The translations under genes and the position numbers were made by a program. Positions 19,205 to 29,202 of a stretch of 64,000 nt of DNA are shown here, in pieces. Position 1 is the first letter of the stretch. Every line of letters begins with the position of its first letter. The stretch is taken from NCBI GenBank assembly GCA_038321865.1, contig JBBQFH010000002.1, positions 114,582 to 178,581 on the forward strand, written 5' to 3'. The DNA is from Gemmatimonadales bacterium (lineage in GTDB: Bacteria > Gemmatimonadota > Gemmatimonadetes > Gemmatimonadales > GWC2-71-9). The notes beneath the pieces were generated by a model. That model was given only the letters and a program-made list of their open reading frames with translations, was not told the origin of the DNA and made no database searches.

Positions 19205-19870
19205 ATGGCACAACAGGTGAGTCTGCAGGCGTCGACACGGAACAGCACCGGCAAGGGCGCGGCCCGCTCCTTCCGCCGCGCGGGCAAGGTTCCTGCCGTT
19301 ATTTACGGGCACGGGCGCGAGCCCGAGGCCCTGGTGGTCGACGCGCCGGCGCTCAGCCGGATGCTGATCGGGATCAGCGCGGCGAGCACGATCGTGGACG
19401 TGACCGTGGACGGCCGCGCACCGATCAAGGCGATCCTCCGCGAAATCCAGCGCAATCCGATTCGCCCGGCCGATATCATTCACGTCGATCTCTACGAGAT
19501 TCACGCCGACGAAAAGATCACCGTTGAGATTCCGGTCCATCTCACCGGCACGGCCGACGGCGTGCGCAACTTCGGCGGCGTGCTCGACCACATCCTCCGT
19601 ACGCTCGAAGTCGAAGTCTTCCCGGGAGACATCCCTGCGAGCATCGATCTCGACGTGACGAATCTGGGCATTGGCGATTCGCTCTACGTCCGCGATATCA
19701 CAGTCGAGAAGGCCGAGATCCTGAACGACGGAGATCTGCCGGTCGTCACCGTGGTCGCCCCGCGGAGCGAGGAAGTCGCACCGGTCGTCGTGGAGGAAGC
19801 AACCTCGTCCGAGCCCGAGCTCATCCGGAAGGCGAAGGCCGAGGGCGAGGATACCGAACCGAAGGCGTAA
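19205..19870 (+). CDS. rplY: 50S ribosomal protein L25/Ctc
   Basis: GKGAAR..RR.GKVPAVIYG, HVD, PE.I.K tail. Confidence 0.95.
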   Translation: MAQQVSLQASTRNSTGKGAARSFRRAGKVPAVIYGHGREPEALVVDAPALSRMLIGISAASTIVDVTVDGRAPIKAILREIQRNPIRPADIIHVDLYEIHADEKITVEIPVHLTGTADGVRNFGGVLDHILRTLEVEVFPGDIPASIDLDVTNLGIGDSLYVRDITVEKAEILNDGDLPVVTVVAPRSEEVAPVVVEEATSSEPELIRKAKAEGEDTEPKA

Positions 19871-19873
19871 GCA

Positions 19874-20440
19874 CTGCTCGTCATCACTGGCCTGGGCAAC
19901 CCCGGCCCGGAGTACGCGGAAACCCGGCACAACGCCGGGTTTCTTCTCGTGGACCATCTCGCCGCCCGGTGGCGCTTCGGCGCATTCAAGCGTGCCGAGC
20001 GGGCTCGCCAGGCCAGCGGCGCATTCGATGGGCGCGACGTACTGCTCCTCAAGCCCCAGACGTACATGAATCGGAGCGGCGTGGCGCTGGCCCCGATGCT
20101 CGCGGCCGACGGCTTCGATCCGGCGCAGCATCTCCTCGTGCTCGTGGACGATGTCGCGACCGACCTCGGCCGCTTCCGGCTTCGGGGCGCGGGATCGAGC
20201 GGCGGGCACAACGGGCTCAAGAGCATCGAAGCGACCCTGCGCCGGCAGGACTACGCGCGGCTCCGCATCGGAGTCGGCCCGGTGCCGGCGGCGACGGCCG
20301 ATCTCGCCGACTTCGTGCTTGGCCCGTTCAGCACCGAGGAGCGGGCAACCGTAGACGGCCTGCTCGATCCGATGGCGGATGCCGTCGAGGCGTGGATCGT
20401 GGATGGCGTCGAGCGGGCGATGACGCGCTTCAACCGGTAA
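19874..20440 (+). CDS. pth: Peptidyl-tRNA hydrolase (probable CTG start)
   Basis: LLVITGLGNPGPEYAETRHNAGF, KPQTYMNRSG, GGHNGLKSI, RLRIGVG. Confidence 0.95.
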   Translation: MLVITGLGNPGPEYAETRHNAGFLLVDHLAARWRFGAFKRAERARQASGAFDGRDVLLLKPQTYMNRSGVALAPMLAADGFDPAQHLLVLVDDVATDLGRFRLRGAGSSGGHNGLKSIEATLRRQDYARLRIGVGPVPAATADLADFVLGPFSTEERATVDGLLDPMADAVEAWIVDGVERAMTRFNR

Positions 20441-20450
20441 GAGAAGGCTC

Positions 20451-21548
20451 ATGCTGCGACTCGGAATCGTCGGACTCCCCAACGTCGGCAAGTCGACGCT
20501 GTTCAACGCACTCACCTCCGCCGGTGCGCTGGTCGCCAACTACCCGTTCGCCACCATCGAGCCGAACACCGGCGTGGTGCAGGTACCTGATCGCCGGCTG
20601 GATGAGCTCGCCCGTATCGTCAGTCCGGAGCGGACGCTGCCGGCGACGGTGGAATTCCTCGACATCGCCGGCCTCGTCAAGGGCGCCAGCCAGGGCGAGG
20701 GGCTCGGCAATCAGTTCCTCGCCAACATCCGCGAAGTTGATGCGATCGTCCACGTGGTCCGTTGCTTCGAGGACGACGACATCCAGCATGTCATGGGCCC
20801 GGTGGACCCGGCGCGTGACCGTGAGATCATCGACATCGAGCTGGGGCTGGCCGATCTCGCGAGCGTGGAGAAACGACTCGACAAGGCGGCCCGTGCGGCC
20901 CGGTCGGGGGATGCGCAGGCGAGACTGGAGCTCAAGCTGCTGGAGCAGCTCCAGCCGGTGCTCGCTGCCGGAACGCCGGCGCGGGACGTCACGCCCAGCG
21001 ACGAGGAGCGTGCAGCCTACCGCGCGTTCAATCTGCTGACCTCGAAGCCAGTCCTCTACGCCGCCAATGTCGGAGAGGCCGACATCAATACCGGCAATCG
21101 CTTTGTCGAGGCCCTGCGTCAGTCGCTCGAACGCGAGGATGCCGACGGCGAGATCGTGACGTTCTCCGCCAAGGTAGAGGCCGAACTCGCCGAATTGCCC
21201 CCCGAAGACCGGGCGGAGTTTCTCGAATCCCTGGGGCTGTCCGAGTCGGGGCTGGACCGCCTCGCACACGGCGCCTACCACCTCCTCGGGCTTCAGAGCT
21301 ACTTCACGGCCGGCGAGAAGGAAGTGCGCGCCTGGACGATTCACCGCGGAGACAAGGCCCCGGCGGCCGCCGGTGTCATCCATTCGGACTTCGAGAAGGG
21401 GTTTATCCGGGCGGAGACGGTGAGCTACGATGCGTTCGTGCGCGTGGGAGGCTGGAAGCCGGCACGGGACCAGGGACTGGCACGGGCCGAAGGCAAGGAA
21501 TATGTCGTGAACGACGGTGATGTCATGCTGTTTCGATTCACGTCATAG
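20451..21548 (+). CDS. ychF: Redox-regulated ATPase YchF
   Basis: [45 protein letters not shown]. Confidence 0.97.
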   Translation: MLRLGIVGLPNVGKSTLFNALTSAGALVANYPFATIEPNTGVVQVPDRRLDELARIVSPERTLPATVEFLDIAGLVKGASQGEGLGNQFLANIREVDAIVHVVRCFEDDDIQHVMGPVDPARDREIIDIELGLADLASVEKRLDKAARAARSGDAQARLELKLLEQLQPVLAAGTPARDVTPSDEERAAYRAFNLLTSKPVLYAANVGEADINTGNRFVEALRQSLEREDADGEIVTFSAKVEAELAELPPEDRAEFLESLGLSESGLDRLAHGAYHLLGLQSYFTAGEKEVRAWTIHRGDKAPAAAGVIHSDFEKGFIRAETVSYDAFVRVGGWKPARDQGLARAEGKEYVVNDGDVMLFRFTS

Positions 21549-21683
21549 GCTCAGCCGCTCCCTACCATCCAGCTCCCGGTCAAGCTATTATTGCAGGCTC
21601 ACATATCTCCTCCTCGGCCCCGCACCAGGGCCGGGGCGCACCCGCCGGGCCCCGAGCCCGGCACTCGTCCAAAGGACGGTGTC

Positions 21684-22028
21684 ATGACCCACCAGTATGA
21701 GGTGGTCTACATCTTCGATAGTGCCCTCGAAGACACGGCCATCACCGAGCGCCTCGAGCGCTTCCACACCCTCATCAGGCAGGATGGCGTCGACGCCCCC
21801 ACTCTGGATCACTGGGGCAAGCGCGCATTGGCCTACCCGATCCGGAAGCACGAAATCGGCAACTACGTCGTCGCCAAGTTCGAGACGGCCGCGGTCGCGC
21901 TGCCGGAGTTCGAGCGTGCCATCAAGCTCGACGAAGGCGTGCTGCGCCACCTCGTCGTCGCGAACGAGGGAGCTCAGCCGGTCCCGGTGTCCGCTGCGAA
22001 AACCGGCGACGAGGAGGACGACGAATGA
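21684..22028 (+). CDS. rpsF: 30S ribosomal protein S6
   Basis: [17 protein letters not shown]. Confidence 0.95.
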   Translation: MTHQYEVVYIFDSALEDTAITERLERFHTLIRQDGVDAPTLDHWGKRALAYPIRKHEIGNYVVAKFETAAVALPEFERAIKLDEGVLRHLVVANEGAQPVPVSAAKTGDEEDDE

Positions 22029-22246
22029 AGCGCGCCGCGAAGACCTGCGCCATTTGCGAGTCGGGCGTCCGGGTCGTCGATTTCAAGGATGAGCGTACGC
22101 TCTCCCGGTTTCTCACGGAGCGCGGCAAGATCCTGCCGAGCCGCCTGTCGGGCACCTGCGCGCGGCATCAGCGTCAGCTGAGCACGGCGATCAAGCGGGC
22201 GCGGCAGCTCGCGCTGCTGCCGTATATCAAGGGATTCGCCGGCTGA
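22025..22246 (+). CDS. rpsR: 30S ribosomal protein S18 (Cys-containing form)
   Basis: [33 protein letters not shown]. Confidence 0.96.
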   Translation: MKRAAKTCAICESGVRVVDFKDERTLSRFLTERGKILPSRLSGTCARHQRQLSTAIKRARQLALLPYIKGFAG

Positions 22247-22257
22247 CCAGCGGACTC

Positions 22258-23208
22258 GTGGCCCCGGAGCGCCGGCACGGCGTGCTGGCGACCGCGTTGC
22301 TGGTGGCGGCGTATCTGCTGCTGGCCCCGTGGGTCTTCGTCCTGGGGCCGCTGGTCGTGCTGCTGCTGGTTTCGCGCCCCGCGGCTCGGCGGGAGCTGAT
22401 CCTGCTGGCGGTGTCGGTTCCGCTGCTGGCCATCTCGCTGCTCGCCGTCGGGGGGCTGTTCGCGCAGTTCGTGCGGGCCGCGGGAGTGCTGCTGACGGGT
22501 GCCTTCGTCGTGCTCATGCTGTGGCGGCCGGGCCCGGTCTTCGGCCGCGCGCTGACGGCGATCGCCGCCGCGGGCGCGGGTGTCCTCATCTGGGGGAGCC
22601 AGTTCGGATTCGGCTGGCCGCAGGTCCAGGTGGAAGCCGCGCGGGACACCCACGCGTTCTTCCAGCAACAGGCGACCGCGGCGGCGGCGCAGGGATCGGC
22701 CGGCGAAACCGCCCAGCGACTCTTCACGCAACTGGCCGCGGGCGCCGATGACGTGGCTGCGCTGTTCCCAGCGATTCTGGTGCTGGGCGCGCTGGGCGGG
22801 CTCGCGCTGGCCTGGCGGGTGTATCAGCAGGTAGCGGAACACCCGCTCATCCGGTCAGAGCCGGCATTCGCGGCATTCCGATTCGGTGATCAGTTCGTCT
22901 GGGCTCCCGTCATCGCGCTGGCGGCGTTGGTGCTGCCGGTCGGCGACGCGCTGAACCCGATCTCGATTCGCATCGTCGCACAGAATGTCCTGCTCGTCTG
23001 CGTCGTGCTCTACACCGTCCGCGGGCTGGCCGTCTTCTGGACGGTGGCACGCTCGGCGCCCCGGATGATCGTCCTGGTGCTGTCGCTCGTCGCGATCTTC
23101 TTGTCTCCGTTCGCCGTGAGCGGCCTGGCGCTGCTCGGACTGGCGGACTCCTGGGTAGATTTCCGGCGGCGCCTGGCGCCGCCGTCAACTGGAGGGTTCA
23201 GCCCATGA
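22258..23208 (+). CDS. DUF2232 (YybS-like) membrane protein
   Basis: Multi-TM, C-terminal GLADSWVDFR; typical position between rpsR and rplI. Confidence 0.8.
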   Translation: MAPERRHGVLATALLVAAYLLLAPWVFVLGPLVVLLLVSRPAARRELILLAVSVPLLAISLLAVGGLFAQFVRAAGVLLTGAFVVLMLWRPGPVFGRALTAIAAAGAGVLIWGSQFGFGWPQVQVEAARDTHAFFQQQATAAAAQGSAGETAQRLFTQLAAGADDVAALFPAILVLGALGGLALAWRVYQQVAEHPLIRSEPAFAAFRFGDQFVWAPVIALAALVLPVGDALNPISIRIVAQNVLLVCVVLYTVRGLAVFWTVARSAPRMIVLVLSLVAIFLSPFAVSGLALLGLADSWVDFRRRLAPPSTGGFSP

Positions 23209-23651
23209 TGGAAGTGATCCTGCGCGAAGACGTGAAGTCGCTCGGCAAGGCCGGCGACATGGTCCGCGTCAAGCCAGGCTTTGGTCGTAACTACCTGCTG
23301 CCCAATGGGCTGGCCTACGAGGCGACCGAGGGCAACAAGAAGCGTATCGCCGCGGAAACCAGGGCGCGCGGTGTTCGTGCCGAGGCGGACCGGACCGAGG
23401 CGCAGGCCGAGGCGGCGCGACTCAGCACCGCGGCGATCGAGCTGACCGGCAAGGCCGGTGAAGAAGGCAAGCTGTTCGGTTCGATCACGACGGCCGATAT
23501 CGCTGAGGCGCTGGCGGCAAAGGGCTACGAGGTGGACAAGCGGCGCATCGAGCTCGATCAGCCGATCAAGAGCCTTGGCCATCACACCGTCGGGGTCCGC
23601 CTCCACGGCGACATCCGGGCCGAAGTGCACGTGAACGTCGTCGCGGAGTAA
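23205..23651 (+). CDS. rplI: 50S ribosomal protein L9
   Basis: VIL..DV..LG..G..V.VKPGFGRNYLLP, GKLFGSIT. Confidence 0.97.
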   Translation: MMEVILREDVKSLGKAGDMVRVKPGFGRNYLLPNGLAYEATEGNKKRIAAETRARGVRAEADRTEAQAEAARLSTAAIELTGKAGEEGKLFGSITTADIAEALAAKGYEVDKRRIELDQPIKSLGHHTVGVRLHGDIRAEVHVNVVAE

Positions 23652-23661
23652 GCCGGCAGGC

Positions 23662-25497
23662 ATGACCGTCGGAATCGCCTACGTCGACGGACCCCGCCTC
23701 GCGCGATCCTTCTTCGCCGCGGCCGACTGGGTCACGGCGGGCCGCGAAGAGATCAACCGGATCAACGTGTTTCCGGTGCCCGACGGCGACACCGGCACCA
23801 ACTTCAGTCTGACGCTTCGCGCCGTCGCCGACGCCCTCCGGGCGCTCGGCGACGCCTCGCTTCAGGCCACGGCCAGCACGGCGGCACGAGCAGCGGTGCT
23901 GGGGGCGCGGGGCAACTCCGGGATGATGCTGGCGCACTTCCTCCTCGGATTTGCCGAGGGGCTGGGCGATCGCACCTCGGCCCGCGCGTCGGACATCGCG
24001 CGAGCCGTGCGGCGCGGCGCCGACACTCTCGAGTCCTCGCTCGATGACCCGCGCGAGGGCACCATCCTGACGGTTGCACGGGAGGCGGCCGCGGCGGCCG
24101 AGCGCGGCGCCCGCCAGTCCGAAGACATCGGCGACTTCATGCGCTACCTCCTGCGTGAGGGGGAGGTCGCCCTGGCGCACACCCCGGAACTGATGGCCGT
24201 GCTGAAGGAGGCCGGCGTCGTGGACGCCGGCGGGAAGGGATTCATGCGGATGGTGGAAGGAGTCGTCCGGCTCATCCAGGGCGATCCGCTGCTCCCCGCC
24301 GGCGGTGCCGACTCCGATGGTCCGCCCCCGGTCGTCTTTGCCGAGGTCGCTGCCGATCGCGATTTCCAGTACTGCACCGAGGTCCTGGTGCGCGGGGAAC
24401 AGCTGCCTCCCGCGAACGAGGTTCGAGCGGCCCTCCACGCATTCGGCGGATCCATCGTCGTGATCAGCACCGGTGACATCCTCAAGATTCACGTACACAC
24501 CGATGTGCCGGAGGCTGTCTTCGCCTCGGCCGCGCGCTGGGGAACGGTCGAGACGACCAAGGCGGAGGACATGCGGCAGCAGCACCGGCAGCTGGCTCAT
24601 GGCGACCGCCGCCCGGTTGCCATCGTGACCGACAGCTCCGCCGACCTGCCCGACGCGGTGCTCGATCGGCATCGCATCACCCTGGTCCCGCTGCAGGTCC
24701 TGTTCGGCGACCAGTCGTTCCGGGATCGGGTCGAGCTGAGGCCGGAGGAGTTCTACCGCCGCTTGCGCGCTTCCAAGGAGCTGCCGACGACCTCCCAGCC
24801 CACTCCGGCGGATTTCACCCGGGTGTTTCGTGATGCGCTCCAGGAGGCTGACGACGTCGTGGGCGTGCTGCTCTCATCAGGGCTTTCCGGCACCTTTCAG
24901 TCCGGGCAGGCCGCCCGGCGCGGGAAGGGATTGGAGCGGGTCCACCTCGTCGACAGCGGATCGGCGTCGCTGGGCGTAGGAATGCTGGCGCTCCGCGCGG
25001 CCGAGCTGGCCGAGTCGGGCTGGCCCGCCGACTCGATCGTGACCGAACTGGCGCGGATCCGACGCCAGTCGGGAATGCTGCTCACCGTGGACCGGTACGA
25101 CAACCTCATTCGCTCGGGACGGGTCAGCCGGGGCAAGGCGTGGCTGGGCGGGATGCTGGACGTCAAGCCGATCCTGTCGCTGGACCCGGACGGCCGAGTC
25201 GTCCCGGTGGACCGTGTGCGCGGACGGGACAACGTCGTCCCCCGTGTATTGTCGCTGCTGGATCGCCGGCTGACACCGCGTCCAACGGTCGTCCGATTTG
25301 GCGTCGCGCACGCCGACGCACCGGAGGTGGCCGAGCGGGTCCGGACCGCGTTGGTCGCGGCGTACCGGCCACGGAATTGTTTCGTAACTCTCGCCACCGG
25401 GGTGCTCGGCACCCATGTTGGTCCCGGTGCATGGGGCATCTTCTATCAGGTGGAGGACGGCACGCCGGCCCGTCTCAACCCGGGGGCGAGCCGGTGA
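23662..25497 (+). CDS. DAK2-DegV fusion (fatty-acid kinase FakA/FakB-like)
   Basis: INVFPVPDGDTGTN, ARGNSG, GVVDAGG; IVTDSSADL, PTTSQP, SSGLSGT, GTHVGPG. Confidence 0.9.
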   Translation: MTVGIAYVDGPRLARSFFAAADWVTAGREEINRINVFPVPDGDTGTNFSLTLRAVADALRALGDASLQATASTAARAAVLGARGNSGMMLAHFLLGFAEGLGDRTSARASDIARAVRRGADTLESSLDDPREGTILTVAREAAAAAERGARQSEDIGDFMRYLLREGEVALAHTPELMAVLKEAGVVDAGGKGFMRMVEGVVRLIQGDPLLPAGGADSDGPPPVVFAEVAADRDFQYCTEVLVRGEQLPPANEVRAALHAFGGSIVVISTGDILKIHVHTDVPEAVFASAARWGTVETTKAEDMRQQHRQLAHGDRRPVAIVTDSSADLPDAVLDRHRITLVPLQVLFGDQSFRDRVELRPEEFYRRLRASKELPTTSQPTPADFTRVFRDALQEADDVVGVLLSSGLSGTFQSGQAARRGKGLERVHLVDSGSASLGVGMLALRAAELAESGWPADSIVTELARIRRQSGMLLTVDRYDNLIRSGRVSRGKAWLGGMLDVKPILSLDPDGRVVPVDRVRGRDNVVPRVLSLLDRRLTPRPTVVRFGVAHADAPEVAERVRTALVAAYRPRNCFVTLATGVLGTHVGPGAWGIFYQVEDGTPARLNPGASR

Positions 25498-25892
25498 GGG
25501 ATAATAAGGCGGCGCACCACAGCGCCGAGCGGACGACCGTTCGAACCGGCTTGCCCGAGGGTCTCGGCATCGCGATCGACGCCATCCGCGATCTGAAAGC
25601 CAATGGTGTGGTGGTCATCGATCTCCGCACCATGTACGATGCCACTGATTTCTTTGTCATCGCGTCCGGCACCTCCGACGCGCACGTCCGCGGCATCGCG
25701 GAGTCAGTGATCGAGAAGCTCAATCGGCGCGGTCACCGCGCCCATCACATCGAAGGCCTGCCGGGCGGACGCTGGGTCCTGCTCGACTTCGTGGATTTCG
25801 TGGTCCACCTGTTCCATCCGGAGACCCGCTCGTTTTATCAGCTCGAGCGGCTCTGGAGCGACGCACCGGAGCTGCTGATCGGCTCCTCCTGA
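25494..25892 (+). CDS. rsfS: Ribosome silencing factor
   Basis: DFFVIASGTS..HV, WVLLDF.D.VVHLF, R.FYQLERLW. Confidence 0.93.
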   Translation: MRDNKAAHHSAERTTVRTGLPEGLGIAIDAIRDLKANGVVVIDLRTMYDATDFFVIASGTSDAHVRGIAESVIEKLNRRGHRAHHIEGLPGGRWVLLDFVDFVVHLFHPETRSFYQLERLWSDAPELLIGSS

Positions 25893-25904
25893 CGAGGTTT
25901 TATC

Positions 25905-28900
25905 ATGCTGCGACGCTGCGCCCCCGCGCTGCTCTCCGCCCTGCTGGCTCTGCCGGCCTCGCTCTCCGCCCAGTATTTCGGCCAGAACAAGGTCCAGTAC
26001 GAGTCATTCGGCTTCAAGATCATCGAGACCCAGCATTTCGATGTGTACTTCTACGAGCGCGAGCGCCCGGCGGCGATGGACGTCGCGCGGATGGCGGAGC
26101 GGTCGTACGCCCGACTCGCCAAGGTGCTCAACCATCAGTTCCACGAGCGCAAGCCGATCATCGTCTACGCCTCGCACGCCGACTTCATTCAGACCAACGC
26201 GACGCCGGGTGATGTCGGCGAGGGCACCGGTGGCTTCACCGACTTCCTCAAGCATCGCAACATCTTTCCTCTGACGGGCTCGTATGCGGAAAACCAGCAC
26301 GTTCTCACGCACGAGATGACCCACCAGTTTCAGTACGACATCTGGTCCGGCGGCAAGGCAGGCGGCGGCATCTCGACGCTGATCGCCGTCAATCCGCCCC
26401 TCTGGTTCGTCGAGGGCATGGCCGAATACATGTCGCTCGGCTCGGTGGACCCCAACACGGCGATGTGGCTGCGCGATGCCGCGATCGAGGGGAAACTCCC
26501 GACGATCAATCAGCTCGAGAATGACCCCCGGGTCTTTCCCTACCGTTTCGGGCACGCCCTGCTGGCCTACATCGGCGAGCGATGGGGCGACGAGGCGATC
26601 GGCGCGATCCTGCAGACATCGCGAACCGCCGGCATCGAAGGCGCCTTCCGCCGGGTGCTTGGCCTCACGCTGAATCAGCTCTCGGATCAGTGGCGGGACG
26701 CGGTCCAGAAGAAATATCTCCCCGAGATCGGCACCCGGCCGAAGGCCCGGGCGATGGCCACCGCGATGCTCACGAAAGCGCGGTCGCAGGGGACGCTGCA
26801 TCTCGCACCGGCCCTCTCCCCTGACGGCAGCAAGGTGGCGTATTTCAGCGAGAAGGACTTCTTCTTCGTCGACCTGTACCTGGCCGACGTGGCAACCGGC
26901 AAGGTCGACCGGCGCCTGCTGAAATCCACCTACAGCAGCAACTACGAGACGTTCCGGTTCATCAATTCCCAGGCGAGCTGGTCCCCCGACGGTCGGCTCA
27001 TCGCGACCGCGGGCAAGCGCGGCCCACGAGACGAGATCGTCATTATCGACGTCAAGCAGAACCGCCAGGTCGGGCGAATCAAGGTGAACCTCAACGGCGT
27101 AACGACGCCGTCATTCAGTCCGGACGGCAAGCGGCTGGTTTTTACCGGGTATGACGGCGGGATCTCCGACCTGTTCGTCGTCGATGTGGATGGGCGGAAT
27201 TTCCGGCGTTTGACCAACGACAAGAATGCCGATTTCGATCCGGTCTGGTCGCCGGACGGAAAGACGATCGCCTTTGCCACCGATCGGGGTCCCAGGACCA
27301 ATTTCACCGACCTCGCGTTCGGCAACCTCCGGATCGCCCTCTACGACCTCGACACCGGGAACATCCGGCTGCTGTCGCACATGGACGAAGGGACCAACGT
27401 CAGCGTGCAGTGGGCGCCGGACGGACGGTCCCTCGCCTTCGTATCCGATCGGACCGGCGTCAGCAACATTTTCCTGTACGAGCTCGGCGACGATCAGCTC
27501 TACCAGCTGACGGACTTTTACACCGGCGTCCAGGGCATCACGCCGATCTCGCCGGTGCTGTCATGGGCCCACGCGGCCGACCGGCTCGCGTTCGTCTACT
27601 ATGAAGACGGCAAGTACGACGTGTACTCGCTCGCCAATCCGCGGAGCCTCAAGCGCCAGCCGTTCGTGACCATGCCGCGGGACAGTGCCGCCGGCGTCGC
27701 CAGCATCAGTGCCCGACCCGCTGCGCCCGGTGCACCCACTGCGGCTGCCCCCGCGGCTGCCGGCACACCCCAGCCACAGGTCGGGGAGGGCGGATCGATC
27801 TACCGCACGCCGCGCGGATTCAGGTCCTCCAGCGAAATCGCGATCAGCGGTGACAGCTCGAAGGTCCCGGTACCGGTCTCCATCGTGGCGCTGATGGACT
27901 CGGTGAACTTTGCGCTTCCCGACACGGGCGACTTCTCGGAGAAAACGTACAAGGTTCATTTCACGCCGGACTATGTGGCCCGCCCGTCCATCGGGTACAC
28001 CCGCGACAACTTCGGAAACGGTTTCTTCGGCGGGAGCGCAGTCCAGCTGAGCGACATGCTGGGCAACCAGCAGCTGGTCTTCGCCGGATACGTGAATGGC
28101 CGGATCACGGAGTCGCAGGTGCTGGCCGCGTACACCAACCTGGCGCATCGCACGAACTATGCATTCGGCGTCCAGCAGCTGCCGTACTTCTTCTTCGAGT
28201 CGTACGAAAACCGGGTCGGCACGGGGCCGGGGGAGAACACCTTCGTCACCAACATCCGGCGCATCGTGCTGCGGTCAGCGTTCGTGCAGGCCTCGCACCC
28301 GTTCAGCCGTTTCCAGCGGCTGGAAGCCGCGATGAACTACACCAACGTCAGCGATGCCAACCTGGAGATTCAGGAGCCGTACGACGCCGCCACCGGCATT
28401 CCGCTCACCGACCCCATCCTGGTGACCAACGGGCTGCCCGGCATCAACTACGTGCAGCCCTCGCTCGCCCTGGTATTCGACAACTCCCTCTCCGGCTACG
28501 TGGGCCCGTTCCTCGGGCGCCGCTACCGGCTCGAGGTCGCGCAGAATATCGGCAACTGGCGCTTCACCCAGCTCACCGCCGATTTTCGCCGGTATGACAA
28601 GCTCATCGGTCCCTTCACGCTGGCGACACGGGCCCTGTACTTCGGACGTATCGGCCGGGACGCTCAGCAATTCCGGATTTTCGGGGGCAGCACCGAGCTG
28701 ATCCGTGGCTACACCTCCGGTTCGTACCAGCGCCACGAGTGCGCCAATGCGCCGTCCACGGGCACGGTCACCGGTTGCGCGGCGCTCGACCGACTGGTGG
28801 GCACGCAGATTGGCGTCGCGAGCGCGGAATTGCGCTTCCCGCTGATCAACGCCAAGCTGGGTGTCGTGCCCAGCGGTTTCCCGCCGATCGAGGGTGCGCT

Positions 28901-29126
28901 GTTCTATGATATCGGCGTCGTGCGGGACGTGGGGACGACACTCAAGTGGAGCTACGGCCCGGGCGAGGAGTCGGATCCGAACATCCGGGTGCCGCTGCAG
29001 ACGATCGGCGCGTCGATCCGGATCAACATGCTGGGATTCGTCATCGTACGGCTGGACTATTCGCGACCGCTCCGGCGTCCAGGCGTCGGCGGCCTCTGGG
29101 CGCTGAGCCTCGGACCGACGTTCTAA
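25905..29126 (+). CDS. Omp85/BamA-TamA family protein with HEXXH peptidase-like domain and PD40 beta-propeller
   Basis: HEMTH...WFVEGMAEY; SPDG repeats; C-terminal barrel with IRGY and terminal F. Confidence 0.85.
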   Translation: MLRRCAPALLSALLALPASLSAQYFGQNKVQYESFGFKIIETQHFDVYFYERERPAAMDVARMAERSYARLAKVLNHQFHERKPIIVYASHADFIQTNATPGDVGEGTGGFTDFLKHRNIFPLTGSYAENQHVLTHEMTHQFQYDIWSGGKAGGGISTLIAVNPPLWFVEGMAEYMSLGSVDPNTAMWLRDAAIEGKLPTINQLENDPRVFPYRFGHALLAYIGERWGDEAIGAILQTSRTAGIEGAFRRVLGLTLNQLSDQWRDAVQKKYLPEIGTRPKARAMATAMLTKARSQGTLHLAPALSPDGSKVAYFSEKDFFFVDLYLADVATGKVDRRLLKSTYSSNYETFRFINSQASWSPDGRLIATAGKRGPRDEIVIIDVKQNRQVGRIKVNLNGVTTPSFSPDGKRLVFTGYDGGISDLFVVDVDGRNFRRLTNDKNADFDPVWSPDGKTIAFATDRGPRTNFTDLAFGNLRIALYDLDTGNIRLLSHMDEGTNVSVQWAPDGRSLAFVSDRTGVSNIFLYELGDDQLYQLTDFYTGVQGITPISPVLSWAHAADRLAFVYYEDGKYDVYSLANPRSLKRQPFVTMPRDSAAGVASISARPAAPGAPTAAAPAAAGTPQPQVGEGGSIYRTPRGFRSSSEIAISGDSSKVPVPVSIVALMDSVNFALPDTGDFSEKTYKVHFTPDYVARPSIGYTRDNFGNGFFGGSAVQLSDMLGNQQLVFAGYVNGRITESQVLAAYTNLAHRTNYAFGVQQLPYFFFESYENRVGTGPGENTFVTNIRRIVLRSAFVQASHPFSRFQRLEAAMNYTNVSDANLEIQEPYDAATGIPLTDPILVTNGLPGINYVQPSLALVFDNSLSGYVGPFLGRRYRLEVAQNIGNWRFTQLTADFRRYDKLIGPFTLATRALYFGRIGRDAQQFRIFGGSTELIRGYTSGSYQRHECANAPSTGTVTGCAALDRLVGTQIGVASAELRFPLINAKLGVVPSGFPPIEGALFYDIGVVRDVGTTLKWSYGPGEESDPNIRVPLQTIGASIRINMLGFVIVRLDYSRPLRRPGVGGLWALSLGPTF

Positions 29127-29142
29127 CCCCCCCTGTCCCATC

Positions 29143-29178
29143 GGGCCGTAACCGTTCATCGGGAACTGGTTACGGCCC
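29143..29178. other. Intergenic stem-loop without U-tract
   Basis: GGGCCGTAACC...GGTTACGGCCC 11-bp inverted repeat. Confidence 0.5.
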
Positions 29179-29202
29179 ACCGGCCTGCCTATCTTTCCCG
29201 GC

